IMG/VR virus record: IMGVR_UViG_3300044591_002261
Span: 1 to 37,118 of that record
Strand: one strand, 5' to 3'
Length of the DNA: 37,118 nt
Origin: a virus
Lineage: Duplodnaviria > Caudoviricetes
The notes beneath the pieces are model-generated. The model was not told the DNA's origin, made no database searches, and worked only from the letters and a program-made list of their open reading frames with translations. This document shows, one piece after another, positions 15,792-25,295 of the stretch. The stretch's first letter is position 1, and each line of letters begins with the position of its first letter. A program made the position numbers and the translations under genes.

Positions 15792-16064
15792 TCAGATTTT
15801 GATGTTCCGGATCTCTTCGACCAGTGACAGGACGGGTCGCGGCGCGGGTCCGCGGCGAGCCTTCCGGGGATACGGGCAGGGCTCCGTGCCCTCCCTCGCC
15901 ACGCGCTCCACTTCTTCACGGGGGACACGCAGCCTACCGGCCACCACGACGGCGCGGATCTTCCCGGATTCGATGAGGTCGTGAAGCGTCGTGTTGCGGC
16001 TGATGCCCAGGAGGCGGGCGGCTTCGTTGAGGGAGAGGAGGAGCTTCGGCTCGCGCGGATTCAT
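15792..16064 (-). CDS. xis: Excisionase-like HTH protein (Xis-2), paralog of Xis-1
   Basis: MNPREPKLLLSLNEAARLLGISRNTTLHDLIESGKIRAVVVAGRLRVPREEVERVAREGTEP. Confidence 0.78.
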   Translation of the reverse strand: MNPREPKLLLSLNEAARLLGISRNTTLHDLIESGKIRAVVVAGRLRVPREEVERVAREGTEPCPYPRKARRGPAPRPVLSLVEEIRNIKI

Positions 16065-16074
16065 GCCGCAGAAC

Positions 16075-16971
16075 CTATCCCCGCCGCCGCGGGAGCTCCA
16101 CGAGCTGCCCCTCCACCACGCACCGGCCGCGGACGATGGGCACCGGGACGACGTGGACGACGCCCGTGTCCGGCTCGAGGTAGCCCACCCCGAAGCCGTG
16201 CGCCCATTGGGCCGCTTGGACGGCGTGGAGGTAGTCAACCTGCGCGCGGTCCCCCAACCACCCGAACATGGCCGCGACGTGGGCGTCCCCCTGAGCGTCG
16301 CCCTGGACGGCGTACGCGAGCCGGTGGGTGTGGCCGATGACCACGTTCCCCCCGAACAGGGCGGACGCGCGCGTGTGGGCCGTGGCGCCGCTGTTGCCGA
16401 CGTCGTGCGTCAGGTTCAGCTTCCCCACCCGCGCCGCTCGCCGATACGGGACGTACTCGAAGCCGAGCGCCTTCAGCCCCAGCACCTCCTCGAGCTTCAC
16501 CGTGCCGAACAGCTCCGGGGCCTTGTCCATCAGGTACCGGGAGAGGCGGTCCTCGTGGTTGCCGGCGATGTAGACGAGCCGGCGAGCACCCAACGCGCGC
16601 ACGTCCCGCAGCCGCTCGTGCACTTTCTCCACCTCGAACGCCAGGTCCCTTGCCCGCTCCGGGTTTTTCGAGTGCGAGCTGACGCTGTAGAAATCGGCGA
16701 AGTCGCCGAGCAGGACGACCGTGTGCGGCTTGAGCCGCCGGCCGGCCTCCAGCATCAGCTCGAACGCCCGCCTGTCCTCGTACGGGACGTGGCAGTCAGG
16801 AACAATGAGGAGTGTCTGCAACCCAACTGTCCTCCGAGGGGCATTTGACACTTTCTCTGGAGAGGCGCACCTTGTTACCGGGACCGGAGGGGCAGTACGG
16901 AGTTTCCGGGGAGAGCGCGGCCGCAAGCCAACCGCCCCGCGGCCCTCCGGTCCCGTTCCCTTCCGCTTCAC
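16075..16971 (-). CDS. Calcineurin-like metallophosphoesterase
   Basis: DCH, GDFAD, GNHE, TH, GHTH motifs; start uncertain (GTG 16971 or further downstream). Confidence 0.88.
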   Translation of the reverse strand: MKRKGTGPEGRGAVGLRPRSPRKLRTAPPVPVTRCASPEKVSNAPRRTVGLQTLLIVPDCHVPYEDRRAFELMLEAGRRLKPHTVVLLGDFADFYSVSSHSKNPERARDLAFEVEKVHERLRDVRALGARRLVYIAGNHEDRLSRYLMDKAPELFGTVKLEEVLGLKALGFEYVPYRRAARVGKLNLTHDVGNSGATAHTRASALFGGNVVIGHTHRLAYAVQGDAQGDAHVAAMFGWLGDRAQVDYLHAVQAAQWAHGFGVGYLEPDTGVVHVVPVPIVRGRCVVEGQLVELPRRRG

Positions 16972-17264
16972 CGTGACACCGTCCCGCGCGCCCACACGCC
17001 CAGGACGACGCCCGCCACGAGCGCCAGCCCCGCCACCGTACCCAAGGCCTCGAGCGGCACGCCCTGGGACGCCTCGAGCTCCGCGACGCGCCCCTTCAAC
17101 GTCCGCTCGGCGAGCTGCAGTCGCGTCGTCTCCGCCTCGAGCCGCCTGTACCCCGCCTCGTTGAGCAGGTAGCCGCCCGCAACGCGCTCCATGCGGGGGG
17201 AGTCGGGGGGCTCGGCGGCCGCGGAGGCCGTCAGCAGCGCGAGGAGGAGGGCCGCGGGGCGCAT
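16968..17264 (-). CDS. Exported coiled-coil protein with a C-terminal TM helix (spanin-like lysis accessory)
   Basis: Signal peptide MRPAALLLALLTASAAA, heptad coil, C-terminal hydrophobic helix; in the lysis cluster. Confidence 0.55.
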   Translation of the reverse strand: MRPAALLLALLTASAAAEPPDSPRMERVAGGYLLNEAGYRRLEAETTRLQLAERTLKGRVAELEASQGVPLEALGTVAGLALVAGVVLGVWARGTVSR

Positions 17265-17767
17265 CACTGGCCGCCGTTGACGATGTCCATCGGGGACGGG
17301 ACGGGCGCCGCCGAGGCCACCGCAGCCGGGGCGGGCGCCTGGGGCGCGGTCAGCAGCTTCTTCGCGAGGTTGAATCCGCCGGCGGCGCTGAGGGCCACGG
17401 AGAGCGCCTCCACGAGCAGCGGCAGGGACAGCCCCGCCCCACCCGCCTGCGCCGTAGCCACCGCGCCCGCGAGCGACGTCACCAGCACCAGGACGGCCCC
17501 GCCGCGGTCCGTGCCCAGCCAGGGGATGCGGGAGGTGGCGAAGCGGCGAACGAGGTAGACGGCGAGGACCACCACGAGCGCAGCGAGAAGCGGCCAGTTC
17601 CGCGAGGAGACGGCGTCCAGGAGGAGCTTCAGAAAGGTGCCGGTCTGCTCCGGGTCTGGGGCGAGCACCTGCCCGAGGAGCGCGACGGAAGCCAGCATGG
17701 ACAGGCGTGCGTGGCCGAAGGCCGCGGAGGCGAACGAGGCAACGATGAGGGCGACAGTGGTGTTCAC
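17264..17767 (-). CDS. Multi-TM membrane protein, probable holin
   Basis: Several hydrophobic segments; directly downstream of the endolysin; GTGA overlap. Confidence 0.6.
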   Translation of the reverse strand: MNTTVALIVASFASAAFGHARLSMLASVALLGQVLAPDPEQTGTFLKLLLDAVSSRNWPLLAALVVVLAVYLVRRFATSRIPWLGTDRGGAVLVLVTSLAGAVATAQAGGAGLSLPLLVEALSVALSAAGGFNLAKKLLTAPQAPAPAAVASAAPVPSPMDIVNGGQ

Positions 17768-18273
17768 GGCTTCTTCTCCTTGGGTTGGTCCAGCACGTCC
17801 CAGACGCGCCGGAGGTACTCGGGGGGACTGCTGGGGGTCTTCGTTGCAGCGGCCTTCAGCGGCGCGAGCTCGCGTGCGGAGACGTAGCCGGGCCACTGGA
17901 CGTGGGGGGCGTCATAGAACTTGAACGTGCCGCCCCACGTCAGGCCGCGCCTGTCACACACACGGCCGAGGAGCGCGTAGTCCTCTCGCCGCCACGAGGG
18001 CTGGAGCCCCGCGCGGTCGAGGTTGGCATCCCGGCAGAGGTCCACCGCGATGCCGTACTGGTGCGCGGAGTTCCACGGCTGGCAGTTGGTGACGATGGCG
18101 CCCGGGACCGTGCGGCCCTGGAAGTACAGCTTCGCCTGCTCCTCGGGCGGACGGAGGCCGGAGATGGCCCAGTAGTCCGCCCTCTCCTGCCGGCACTCCG
18201 CGAGGACGCGCTTCAGCAGCTCGAGGAAGGGCGGGTAGAGGAGCGTCGTGTCGATGCGGGCGAGCAGGTCCAT
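17764..18273 (-). CDS. Endolysin, peptidase M15 family
   Basis: SGLR..EEQAKLYFQGRT.PGAIVTN...SAHQYGIAVD...WGG.F..YDAPHVQ. Confidence 0.9.
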   Translation of the reverse strand: MDLLARIDTTLLYPPFLELLKRVLAECRQERADYWAISGLRPPEEQAKLYFQGRTVPGAIVTNCQPWNSAHQYGIAVDLCRDANLDRAGLQPSWRREDYALLGRVCDRRGLTWGGTFKFYDAPHVQWPGYVSARELAPLKAAATKTPSSPPEYLRRVWDVLDQPKEKKP

Positions 18274-18551
18274 TACCGCGCCCCCCTCAGGAGGAGCTGG
18301 TCCACTTTGGACTCGATGCGGTCGAGCCGGCTGTCCACCCGCGCGGCCGTCTCCTTTGCCATCTGGAGCGCCGCGGCTGCCGTCGCGTTCGCCTGCGCCA
18401 CCTGGGCCGCTGCGGCCGACTCCGCGCGCGAGACGATGCTGTTGCCGACGCTGATGGCACCGAAGACGAGCGCCGCGAGCGCCCCCGACAGCCACGTCAG
18501 GGCCGTCCTGTAGGTGATGGCCTCATCGAGGCGGATGGTGGGGGGCTTCAC
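18273..18551 (-). CDS. Single-TM coiled-coil membrane protein (holin/antiholin-like)
   Basis: TM ALTWLSGALAALVFGAISV; C-terminal RLDRIESKVDQLL. Confidence 0.6.
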   Translation of the reverse strand: MKPPTIRLDEAITYRTALTWLSGALAALVFGAISVGNSIVSRAESAAAAQVAQANATAAAALQMAKETAARVDSRLDRIESKVDQLLLRGAR

Positions 18552-18808
18552 TTGGGCGTCTCCTTGCCGGCAGAGGCCATCGAGGCGAGACGGCCGGCAA
18601 CCATCTCGTCTGTCCAAAGGGCGCGAGCCATCGCCACGAGGCGCTCGGGCTGTCCTTCCAGGGAATCCCCGGGCATCAGCGCCCAGCGACGCTCGGAACG
18701 CGCCACCTCGAGGCCGTCGCGGAGGATGCGCGTGGCCTCCTTCGCAATGAGCGTCCCGTCCGCGAGGACTTCGATGCTTTCCAGCTGGATGTCTTCCGTC
18801 AGGGCCAT
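18548..18808 (-). CDS. Small tail-associated protein (possible fibre chaperone)
   Basis: Follows the large tail protein; conserved-looking phage pattern IEVLADG...RILRDG.E.....RW.L.PG. Confidence 0.6.
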   Translation of the reverse strand: MALTEDIQLESIEVLADGTLIAKEATRILRDGLEVARSERRWALMPGDSLEGQPERLVAMARALWTDEMVAGRLASMASAGKETPK

Positions 18809-18811
18809 GCG

Positions 18812-21589
18812 CTACCTCGTGTCGAACGACATCCCGTCCAGGGAGAAGAAGGTGAACCACGAAGCGTTTGTCGCCGCAGGCACCGTCACGTTGCCGCTGG
18901 TGTCGACGGTGATGCGCGCGAAGGCGTCATTTGCCATCGCTGCGAACGTGACGTTCTTTGCGGGGCGGTAGCCTGCGGGCAGTTGGAAGACGGAGGCGTT
19001 GAGCGCGGCAGATGCGCGCTTGAGCAGCCCGCGCAGCCAGACTCGTCCGACCGAATCCTTGTAGTAGCCCGCGGCCTGCCAGATGGACGTGTCGTAGTTG
19101 GTAAAGCTGTTGAGCAGCGTGGGGGCAATCCAGGACGGTTGCGTGATGGAGCCCGCGGAGAACGTCCCCGCAACCGCGATGTTGGTGTCGAGCTTCGCGG
19201 ACGTCACCGCGCCGTCTGCGATGTAGGCCGTCGTCCACTGCGTCGTGGTCGGGATGTATGCGGCCTTCTCGAACTGGATGGTATCGACCTCGAAGGTCGA
19301 CGAGCCCGCCGCGCTGAAGCGTCCGACGACGAGACGGGCGTAGACGGCCCCGTTCGGCGAGACGAACTCACCGGAGGCCGTTAGCCACTGGAGGTTCGTG
19401 TAGCCGAGGGACAAGTCCGAGGTGGACATCAGCCCCTGTGCTGCATCCAGCCATTCAATGCGAGCGAACTGGTCCGTGCCGATGTGCGAGCGGCGCCGGA
19501 CGGCCAGCCTGTAGGTGCGGTTGGCGTCAATCTTCATCAGGGAAGCAACCACACGCCCCTGTCCTGCTGCCGTACCGAAGTTGAGCGCGTACCCCCCGGA
19601 AATGGGGCCGACCGAGCGCGTGACGCGCGTCACGTCCGTCCCCCATGTCCCGCTGTGCATCGACCAGGCGTCCGGCGGCGCGCTTGCCCCAAGCGTCCAC
19701 GCCTCGAACTCCCCGTTGACGGGGTACTGGCCGTAATCAACGGCAGGCTGAAGCAGCCGCGGCGCCGCGTAGCCGGCGACGAACGACACCTCCGCCGTGG
19801 GCTCGCCCTGGACGACGCGCCCCGAGTTCAACTGCCGCGGCACAACGCGCGCGTAGTAGGTGCGCCCCGGAACGAGGTTCTGAATCTCGAGGCTGTCCGC
19901 CTTGCCGACCGTGGAGAGCGTCGCCGCGCTCGGGGTGAAGCCGGACGACGCGGAGACGTGGAGCTCGAGCCCGTCGAACTTCGCCAAGCGGGACAGCTTC
20001 TCGGCGATGCGGAAGCGCGCGCCCCCCGCCACCGCGGCCGCGTCAACGACGGTGAGGTCCGCGCCGCCGTGGGAGTCCTGGAGAGAGTGCGTGGGCGCCA
20101 CGCCGGGGCGGCTGTCCCACTGGAGCCACCTGTCCGAGCCCCCTGACGGCTTGCCCCGGCACGTCAGGGACGTCCGGAACGTCTGCTCCCCGTCGTCGCC
20201 GAGCTGCGCCTCGTGGCTGTAGCCGACGACGGCGAGGTCCTGGTCCGAGTCGAAATGGACGTTGTTGGCGCTGAAGCGGTACAGGTCCCCGAGCTGCACC
20301 CAGGGGAAGAAGAGCGCCTCCACCTCGAGCGCCGCGTAGGGAGTCGCAAGGTCCGCGAGCGCCGCCGCGACAAGCGCGTCCGCCTCCGCCGCCGTGTCGA
20401 TTTGGCTCGTCGCCTCCTCGGCGACTTCCATGAAGCGGCGCCCGTAGGCGGCGATGGAGGCCGTGTCGACAGCCTGCCGGTACTTGCGCTTCGGAGTCTT
20501 ACCGTCGCTGCCCAGGTCCGTACTGTCGCCGTAAACGACGCGGACCACGTTGCGGACGTCCTCGATGCCGATGTCGAGGGAGCCGACGTCGAGGTAGCTC
20601 GCGGGCGCGAACGTCCGTACCGGGGAGGAGGCCGCGCGGTCCGGCTTGTAGAGCTGGAAGCGGTACGTCCCGCCGGAGTCGTAGCGCGGGCGCAGGTCCC
20701 AGCCGATGAGCTGCGCCACCTTCCGCATCGACTCGAGGATGGGCTCCCGCTCCTGCTTCCAGGGGCTCATCAGGAACGACGTCGCGTCCGGCGCGTGGAG
20801 CGTCAGCGAGACGGGCGAGTCGTTGAGCATCTGCTGAAGCACGGCCTCCATCGACACCGTGCCGGCCGCCGCCGTCGCTACGCCACACGTCCAGGTAACG
20901 CCGCCGTCCGTCACCGTCGCGCCGACCGTCGTGGGCCACGAGGGCTGCGTAGAGCCCGTGACGCCGGTCGTGATGGCCGTCGCGCGGTAGAGGTAGCCGT
21001 TCAGCGTTGTCGGGACGCAGAGGTCGCCGACGGCCTGCGTCTCCCCGGGTGCCCAGATGAGGCAGCCCTTCTGCACTGCGTACACCGCGGGCGTCAGGCC
21101 GAACAGCCGCTCGCGCTCGAAGAAACTGTCGGACAGCACCGCAACGTTCGCGTCCCGGCACTCGAGCGTCACGCTCTCCCCGTCGGCAATGGAGACGCGG
21201 TCCACCCGCCCGACGAACAGCTCCGTCCAAGAGGGCGAGGAGACGAGCTCGTCGACGGCGGCGATGTACCACTCGACGCGGACGCGCCGGAAAAGCGCCA
21301 CGGGAGGCGAGGGGCTCGCGCTCGGGACGTAGCCGCGGGCCGTGCCGGACGACAGCATCAGCGGCGAGAGACTGTGCTCGAACACCTGGCGCCGGAGGGT
21401 GATGGAGGCCGTCGGCCCCTGCCCGTCAACGTCCTCCGACAGGGACACCCCCATCAGGAATCGCTGCCCGCCGAAGTACGAGTCGACGTCGCGGAACACG
21501 CCGCCGGCATCCTCGAGCGACACGCGCAGCACCGGAGCGTAGGCACCGGACGCAACTCGGACGGACTCGGCAGCAGAGAGAGAGCGCAC
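18812..21589 (-). CDS. Multidomain tail tip / receptor-binding protein (hub + FN3 + CBM-like + C-terminal head)
   Basis: Lies after the Dit; FN3-like NLVPGRTYYARV; CBM-like NGEFEAW..PDAW; IADGAVTSAKL; C-terminal GRVWLRG...FQLPAGYRP. Confidence 0.8.
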   Translation of the reverse strand: MRSLSAAESVRVASGAYAPVLRVSLEDAGGVFRDVDSYFGGQRFLMGVSLSEDVDGQGPTASITLRRQVFEHSLSPLMLSSGTARGYVPSASPSPPVALFRRVRVEWYIAAVDELVSSPSWTELFVGRVDRVSIADGESVTLECRDANVAVLSDSFFERERLFGLTPAVYAVQKGCLIWAPGETQAVGDLCVPTTLNGYLYRATAITTGVTGSTQPSWPTTVGATVTDGGVTWTCGVATAAAGTVSMEAVLQQMLNDSPVSLTLHAPDATSFLMSPWKQEREPILESMRKVAQLIGWDLRPRYDSGGTYRFQLYKPDRAASSPVRTFAPASYLDVGSLDIGIEDVRNVVRVVYGDSTDLGSDGKTPKRKYRQAVDTASIAAYGRRFMEVAEEATSQIDTAAEADALVAAALADLATPYAALEVEALFFPWVQLGDLYRFSANNVHFDSDQDLAVVGYSHEAQLGDDGEQTFRTSLTCRGKPSGGSDRWLQWDSRPGVAPTHSLQDSHGGADLTVVDAAAVAGGARFRIAEKLSRLAKFDGLELHVSASSGFTPSAATLSTVGKADSLEIQNLVPGRTYYARVVPRQLNSGRVVQGEPTAEVSFVAGYAAPRLLQPAVDYGQYPVNGEFEAWTLGASAPPDAWSMHSGTWGTDVTRVTRSVGPISGGYALNFGTAAGQGRVVASLMKIDANRTYRLAVRRRSHIGTDQFARIEWLDAAQGLMSTSDLSLGYTNLQWLTASGEFVSPNGAVYARLVVGRFSAAGSSTFEVDTIQFEKAAYIPTTTQWTTAYIADGAVTSAKLDTNIAVAGTFSAGSITQPSWIAPTLLNSFTNYDTSIWQAAGYYKDSVGRVWLRGLLKRASAALNASVFQLPAGYRPAKNVTFAAMANDAFARITVDTSGNVTVPAATNASWFTFFSLDGMSFDTR

Positions 21590-21590
21590 C

Positions 21591-22370
21591 TCATTCCTCC
21601 CGCAACGTCACAGAGAGGGAGCCCGCCATCGGCGTCCAGACGCCGCCAATCCACGCGGGCGCGTAGTCGAGCGAGGACACCTCACCGCGGACAAGCACGG
21701 GCGAGGAGGCGGAGCTCCCCGGAAAGATGTCGCCGTACGCCTCGAGCTGCGGCAGCGGAGGGAAGGCCCGGCCCGTAGCGAACAGCAGCGGCGGCCACGT
21801 CGTGGGCATCACCGCGGGGAACGCAACGAGGTCGTCGTAGAAGTTTGTCGAGAGCGTCACGTCCCCAGAAGCCGAGACGGAGAGGAAGCCGGTCGCCGTG
21901 CCGTCGTTGCGGACGCCGTTGAACCACTTCTGCCCGAGCGAGTTGACGACGTAATGGTTCCAGACGGAGCCGCTCCAGAGCCACAGCGTCACCGTCCACG
22001 CAGGCCCCAGCTTCGTTGCGAGCCCTGTCGATGCACCACCGCCCGCGAGGCGCCCCCCGCCGAACTTGGACACCGGGGACGTGTTGCCGACGGACGCGAG
22101 CGCGTTGATAGCGGGCAGCCCCTTGGCGCTGTACAGGTTTGAGTCGAACGACCAGGAGTGCCCCTCCCCCCGCAGGAGCGCCATCCACGCGAGCTGGTCC
22201 ACCTGGGACGCTACGGGGATTTCGAACTCGAGGACGCGCTTCTGCCAGCGGCGATTAAGGACGGCCGTCCCGTCGAACGCGCGCGTCCTCTCCCCCACCT
22301 CCTCGACGCTGCGGGAGAGCGACTCGGCGCCGACCGGGACCGTAATGCCGTTGATGACGAGCGCGGGCAT
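21591..22370 (-). CDS. Distal tail protein (Dit-like) with a lectin-like insert
   Basis: Directly after the TMP; RAFDGT; ends SVTLREE; Trp-rich central region WTVTLW..WNHYVV. Confidence 0.65.
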   Translation of the reverse strand: MPALVINGITVPVGAESLSRSVEEVGERTRAFDGTAVLNRRWQKRVLEFEIPVASQVDQLAWMALLRGEGHSWSFDSNLYSAKGLPAINALASVGNTSPVSKFGGGRLAGGGASTGLATKLGPAWTVTLWLWSGSVWNHYVVNSLGQKWFNGVRNDGTATGFLSVSASGDVTLSTNFYDDLVAFPAVMPTTWPPLLFATGRAFPPLPQLEAYGDIFPGSSASSPVLVRGEVSSLDYAPAWIGGVWTPMAGSLSVTLREE

Positions 22371-22373
22371 CCC

Positions 22374-25091
22374 TTAGCTCCCAAACGCAGGCAACCCGCC
22401 GAGCGGCCCACGTCCTCGCTGGAAGTTGCGCGAGCGCCGCACGGATTCCATTCGGTCCCAAATCTGCTCGGGATCGTTGCTCACGATGGTTACGTAGGTG
22501 TCGCCTGCGAGCGCGGACGAGGACGAGCCGAAGTCCGCGGGCGAGCCCGGCCCGGTCGAAGTCGCATTGAAGCGGGCGAGGTCGACCTTGAAGCCGCTCG
22601 CTGCGTTCGTCATTCCGGCGGCGAGTTGATCCGCTGCCCCGGCCGCGTCGTTGAAAGACTTCGCGGTCGTCATGGCGGACTCGTACGTCATCGCCATCGT
22701 GTCATTGAGCTGCTTCTGGTACTGCGCGGCCGGCCCCTTTGCCGCCTCGAGGCTGGTAGCCCAATCCGCGAGGAACGCGAACGGCTTCTGTCCTGCAATC
22801 TCAAACCCAGAAATCCACATCAGCACCGATTGAACGGCAGAGACAACCCCGTTCCAGAGGTTCACGACGCCCACCACGACCCCGAGGATGATGACCGCGA
22901 CCGTCTGGAGCGCTCCGAACAAAGACCGCATGACCTGCTCGAGCAGCCAAACCACGGGGATGAGCTGGACCCGGAGAACCTCAACCACGATGTTGACGAT
23001 GGGCGAGAGCGCCATCAGCAGCGCCCCCAGAATTACGAACACGGGGAGCAACGGCTCGAGGACCGCGGTCAGGAGCGGCACGACGTTCGCCACGATTGCG
23101 CCCACCGCGGCGACGATTGGCTGAATCGCGCTGACCAACATCGTGAACGGCGGGAGGAGCTGACCGAGCGCGTCCGAAAGCCCCTGTATTACTCCGTCAA
23201 GCGCCGCCTGGAACTCGCCGAACTGCTTCGAGTTCTTGAGCAGCTCAAAGCCCACCGCCACGAGCGCCCCGATGGGGCCTCCCGCCTGCGCCAGCGGGCT
23301 GGTCGCCGCCTGGATGACGCCGCCCAGCTTGCCCATCGAGCCAACGACGCCGTCCTTGAATCCGTCGATGGCCTGTTGGCGCTCTTGCGCCTTCTTGGCC
23401 TGCTCCTCGGCCTGCTGTTTCGCCTTCTCGATGCCGTCCGTAAAGGTCTTCTTTGAGGTCTCGAAGAACTCCTTAACGACCGGGTTTAGGTCCTTGATTT
23501 GAGCAAGCGCGTCCTCGAGGTCCTCGAAGTCCGAGAGGGACTTCAAGTTGCTGCCGTTGAGCTTCTCGAGCCACTCGGGGATTCCGGTCTTGACGCCCGC
23601 CATCCGAGCCGACTCGCCGAACGTCCCGCCCTTGAGGAACTGTTCCGCGGCCTGGGGGGCGCGGTCTGCGCGGAGGCGCTCAACAACCTTTGCGTCTTTA
23701 TCCAGCTTCTCCCGCCATTTCTGCCACTCGCCGAGGTACTTCTCCGTCTCTCCGGCGCTTGCGCCAATCTTGTGAAGGAAGTCCCGAACGTCCTCGATTC
23801 CTTTGACGGACTTAAGCGCGTCGCCGCTGAACTGCTCGAGCTCCTTCGGCACGTTGAGCGCGCCGGCCATCTCGAGCGAGTCGCGCAGGTTGCCGCCGAT
23901 TCCCGCAAGCGCGACGAACGACGCCTCCATCTTGTCCGCACGGAGGCGCCCGTAGTCGACCTTCGGCGCGTGCGCCGCTGCACTCTTTACCTTCTCCTCC
24001 TTCTCGGCGGCCGCCTTCACCTCGACCTTTGCAGCCTCGGGCAGGAGCCCCTTGAACGCCCCGGAGAGCTTGTCCGTGATGTCTCCGGCAGTCTTTGAGA
24101 GCCCCGCTGCCGAGAACTCCAACGCCGTCCCCAGCCCGGACCCGATGACCTTGACGCCTTCGACTGCGGCATCTCCGAGAAGTTTCGCACCCTCAACCAT
24201 CAACTTCGGGTACTGGTCCGTAAACTGAAGCGCGGCCTTCTCTAGCCCGTTGACGTCGAAGACGTTCTCCATCCCCAGGCTCCGCGCAAGTAGCGCAGCC
24301 CCGCGAATGATGAGCTGCATGAAGGTCTTGTACCGGTCCCAAATCTCGCTGAACACCGCCTTGAATCGCTCGCCAATGAAGTCCGCCGCCTTCCCGAGGA
24401 ACTTCGAGACGACGCCGCCCTTCTCGGAGATCCAGCCCCAGACGGACGCAAACTTCTCCTGTATGCCGCCGAGATTCTCCGCCCACGCCTGGCGAACGAA
24501 TCCGGCGATGAAGATGAAAGCCGCGATGCCTGCGAGGACCGGCAGGAAGCCAACGCCCAAGGATGCAAGTGCGCCCTGAACCCACGCCACGGCAGTCCCG
24601 AGCGCCGACATCGCAGTGCCAGCGAACGAAATGGCCGACCCCGCTAGCTTGAATGCGGGCTCGAGTTTCACGGCCGCGATACCAATCGCAGACACCGCCA
24701 TCGCTCCCTGAAGGAACGAGACGAGGATCTCCTTCTGCGCCGGCGTCATTTGACGGAACGCCGTAATCAGACGTCCGACGAAGTCCGTCATCTGCTGGAT
24801 TACCGGCATCGCCGCCTGGGCAATCTCGGAGGCCAGCGCAACAGACTGCGTCTTCAAATCCTCGAGCTGCTTCTTGACCTCCGCGCCTGGCGCGTCTTTG
24901 GACGACGCCGCGGCGAACACGGCCGCCATAGCGCCGACGACGATGTTCGACATTTCGCTCGCGTCTTTGCCGAGCGACTTCAACTGACGGCCGAACTTCT
25001 CGACTTGCTTTGCCGCGCTGTTGAGCTGGCCCTGGAGCTTCTGCGTGTTGGCGGTGAGGCTGACGTACAGGTCTCCGACTTTCAACGCCAT
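22374..25091 (-). CDS. Tail tape measure protein
   Basis: 905 aa, starts VGDLYVSLTANT, helical Ala/Gly-rich with hydrophobic segments; follows the chaperones. Confidence 0.92.
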   Translation of the reverse strand: MALKVGDLYVSLTANTQKLQGQLNSAAKQVEKFGRQLKSLGKDASEMSNIVVGAMAAVFAAASSKDAPGAEVKKQLEDLKTQSVALASEIAQAAMPVIQQMTDFVGRLITAFRQMTPAQKEILVSFLQGAMAVSAIGIAAVKLEPAFKLAGSAISFAGTAMSALGTAVAWVQGALASLGVGFLPVLAGIAAFIFIAGFVRQAWAENLGGIQEKFASVWGWISEKGGVVSKFLGKAADFIGERFKAVFSEIWDRYKTFMQLIIRGAALLARSLGMENVFDVNGLEKAALQFTDQYPKLMVEGAKLLGDAAVEGVKVIGSGLGTALEFSAAGLSKTAGDITDKLSGAFKGLLPEAAKVEVKAAAEKEEKVKSAAAHAPKVDYGRLRADKMEASFVALAGIGGNLRDSLEMAGALNVPKELEQFSGDALKSVKGIEDVRDFLHKIGASAGETEKYLGEWQKWREKLDKDAKVVERLRADRAPQAAEQFLKGGTFGESARMAGVKTGIPEWLEKLNGSNLKSLSDFEDLEDALAQIKDLNPVVKEFFETSKKTFTDGIEKAKQQAEEQAKKAQERQQAIDGFKDGVVGSMGKLGGVIQAATSPLAQAGGPIGALVAVGFELLKNSKQFGEFQAALDGVIQGLSDALGQLLPPFTMLVSAIQPIVAAVGAIVANVVPLLTAVLEPLLPVFVILGALLMALSPIVNIVVEVLRVQLIPVVWLLEQVMRSLFGALQTVAVIILGVVVGVVNLWNGVVSAVQSVLMWISGFEIAGQKPFAFLADWATSLEAAKGPAAQYQKQLNDTMAMTYESAMTTAKSFNDAAGAADQLAAGMTNAASGFKVDLARFNATSTGPGSPADFGSSSSALAGDTYVTIVSNDPEQIWDRMESVRRSRNFQRGRGPLGGLPAFGS

Positions 25092-25095
25092 GCCT

Positions 25096-25295
25096 TCACC
25101 TCCTCTTGGTCTTCGCCTGCGCGCGTGCCTTGTCCATCTCCTTCCGCTCGCGCGCGGCCTTCTGCTCGAACCACGCCGCCCACAGGTGCAACTCGTCCAC
25201 CGACATCCGCGCCGCCAGTTCCCCCGCCGTCATGCCCCCAAGCTCGTGAGCGATGAAGAACAGGAGGTCCGTCTCAGGCTGCGCTGCTGCTTTTG
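25096..25295 (-). CDS. Tail assembly chaperone C-terminal extension (gpT-like), probably reached by frameshift
   Basis: PETDLLFFIAHELGGMTAGEL..RMSVDELHLWAAW pattern; overlaps the end of the chaperone in another frame. Confidence 0.7.

Noticed and set aside
18812-19200. Diversity-generating retroelement target in the tail protein C-terminus
   Set aside because: No reverse transcriptase and no template/variable repeat pair seen
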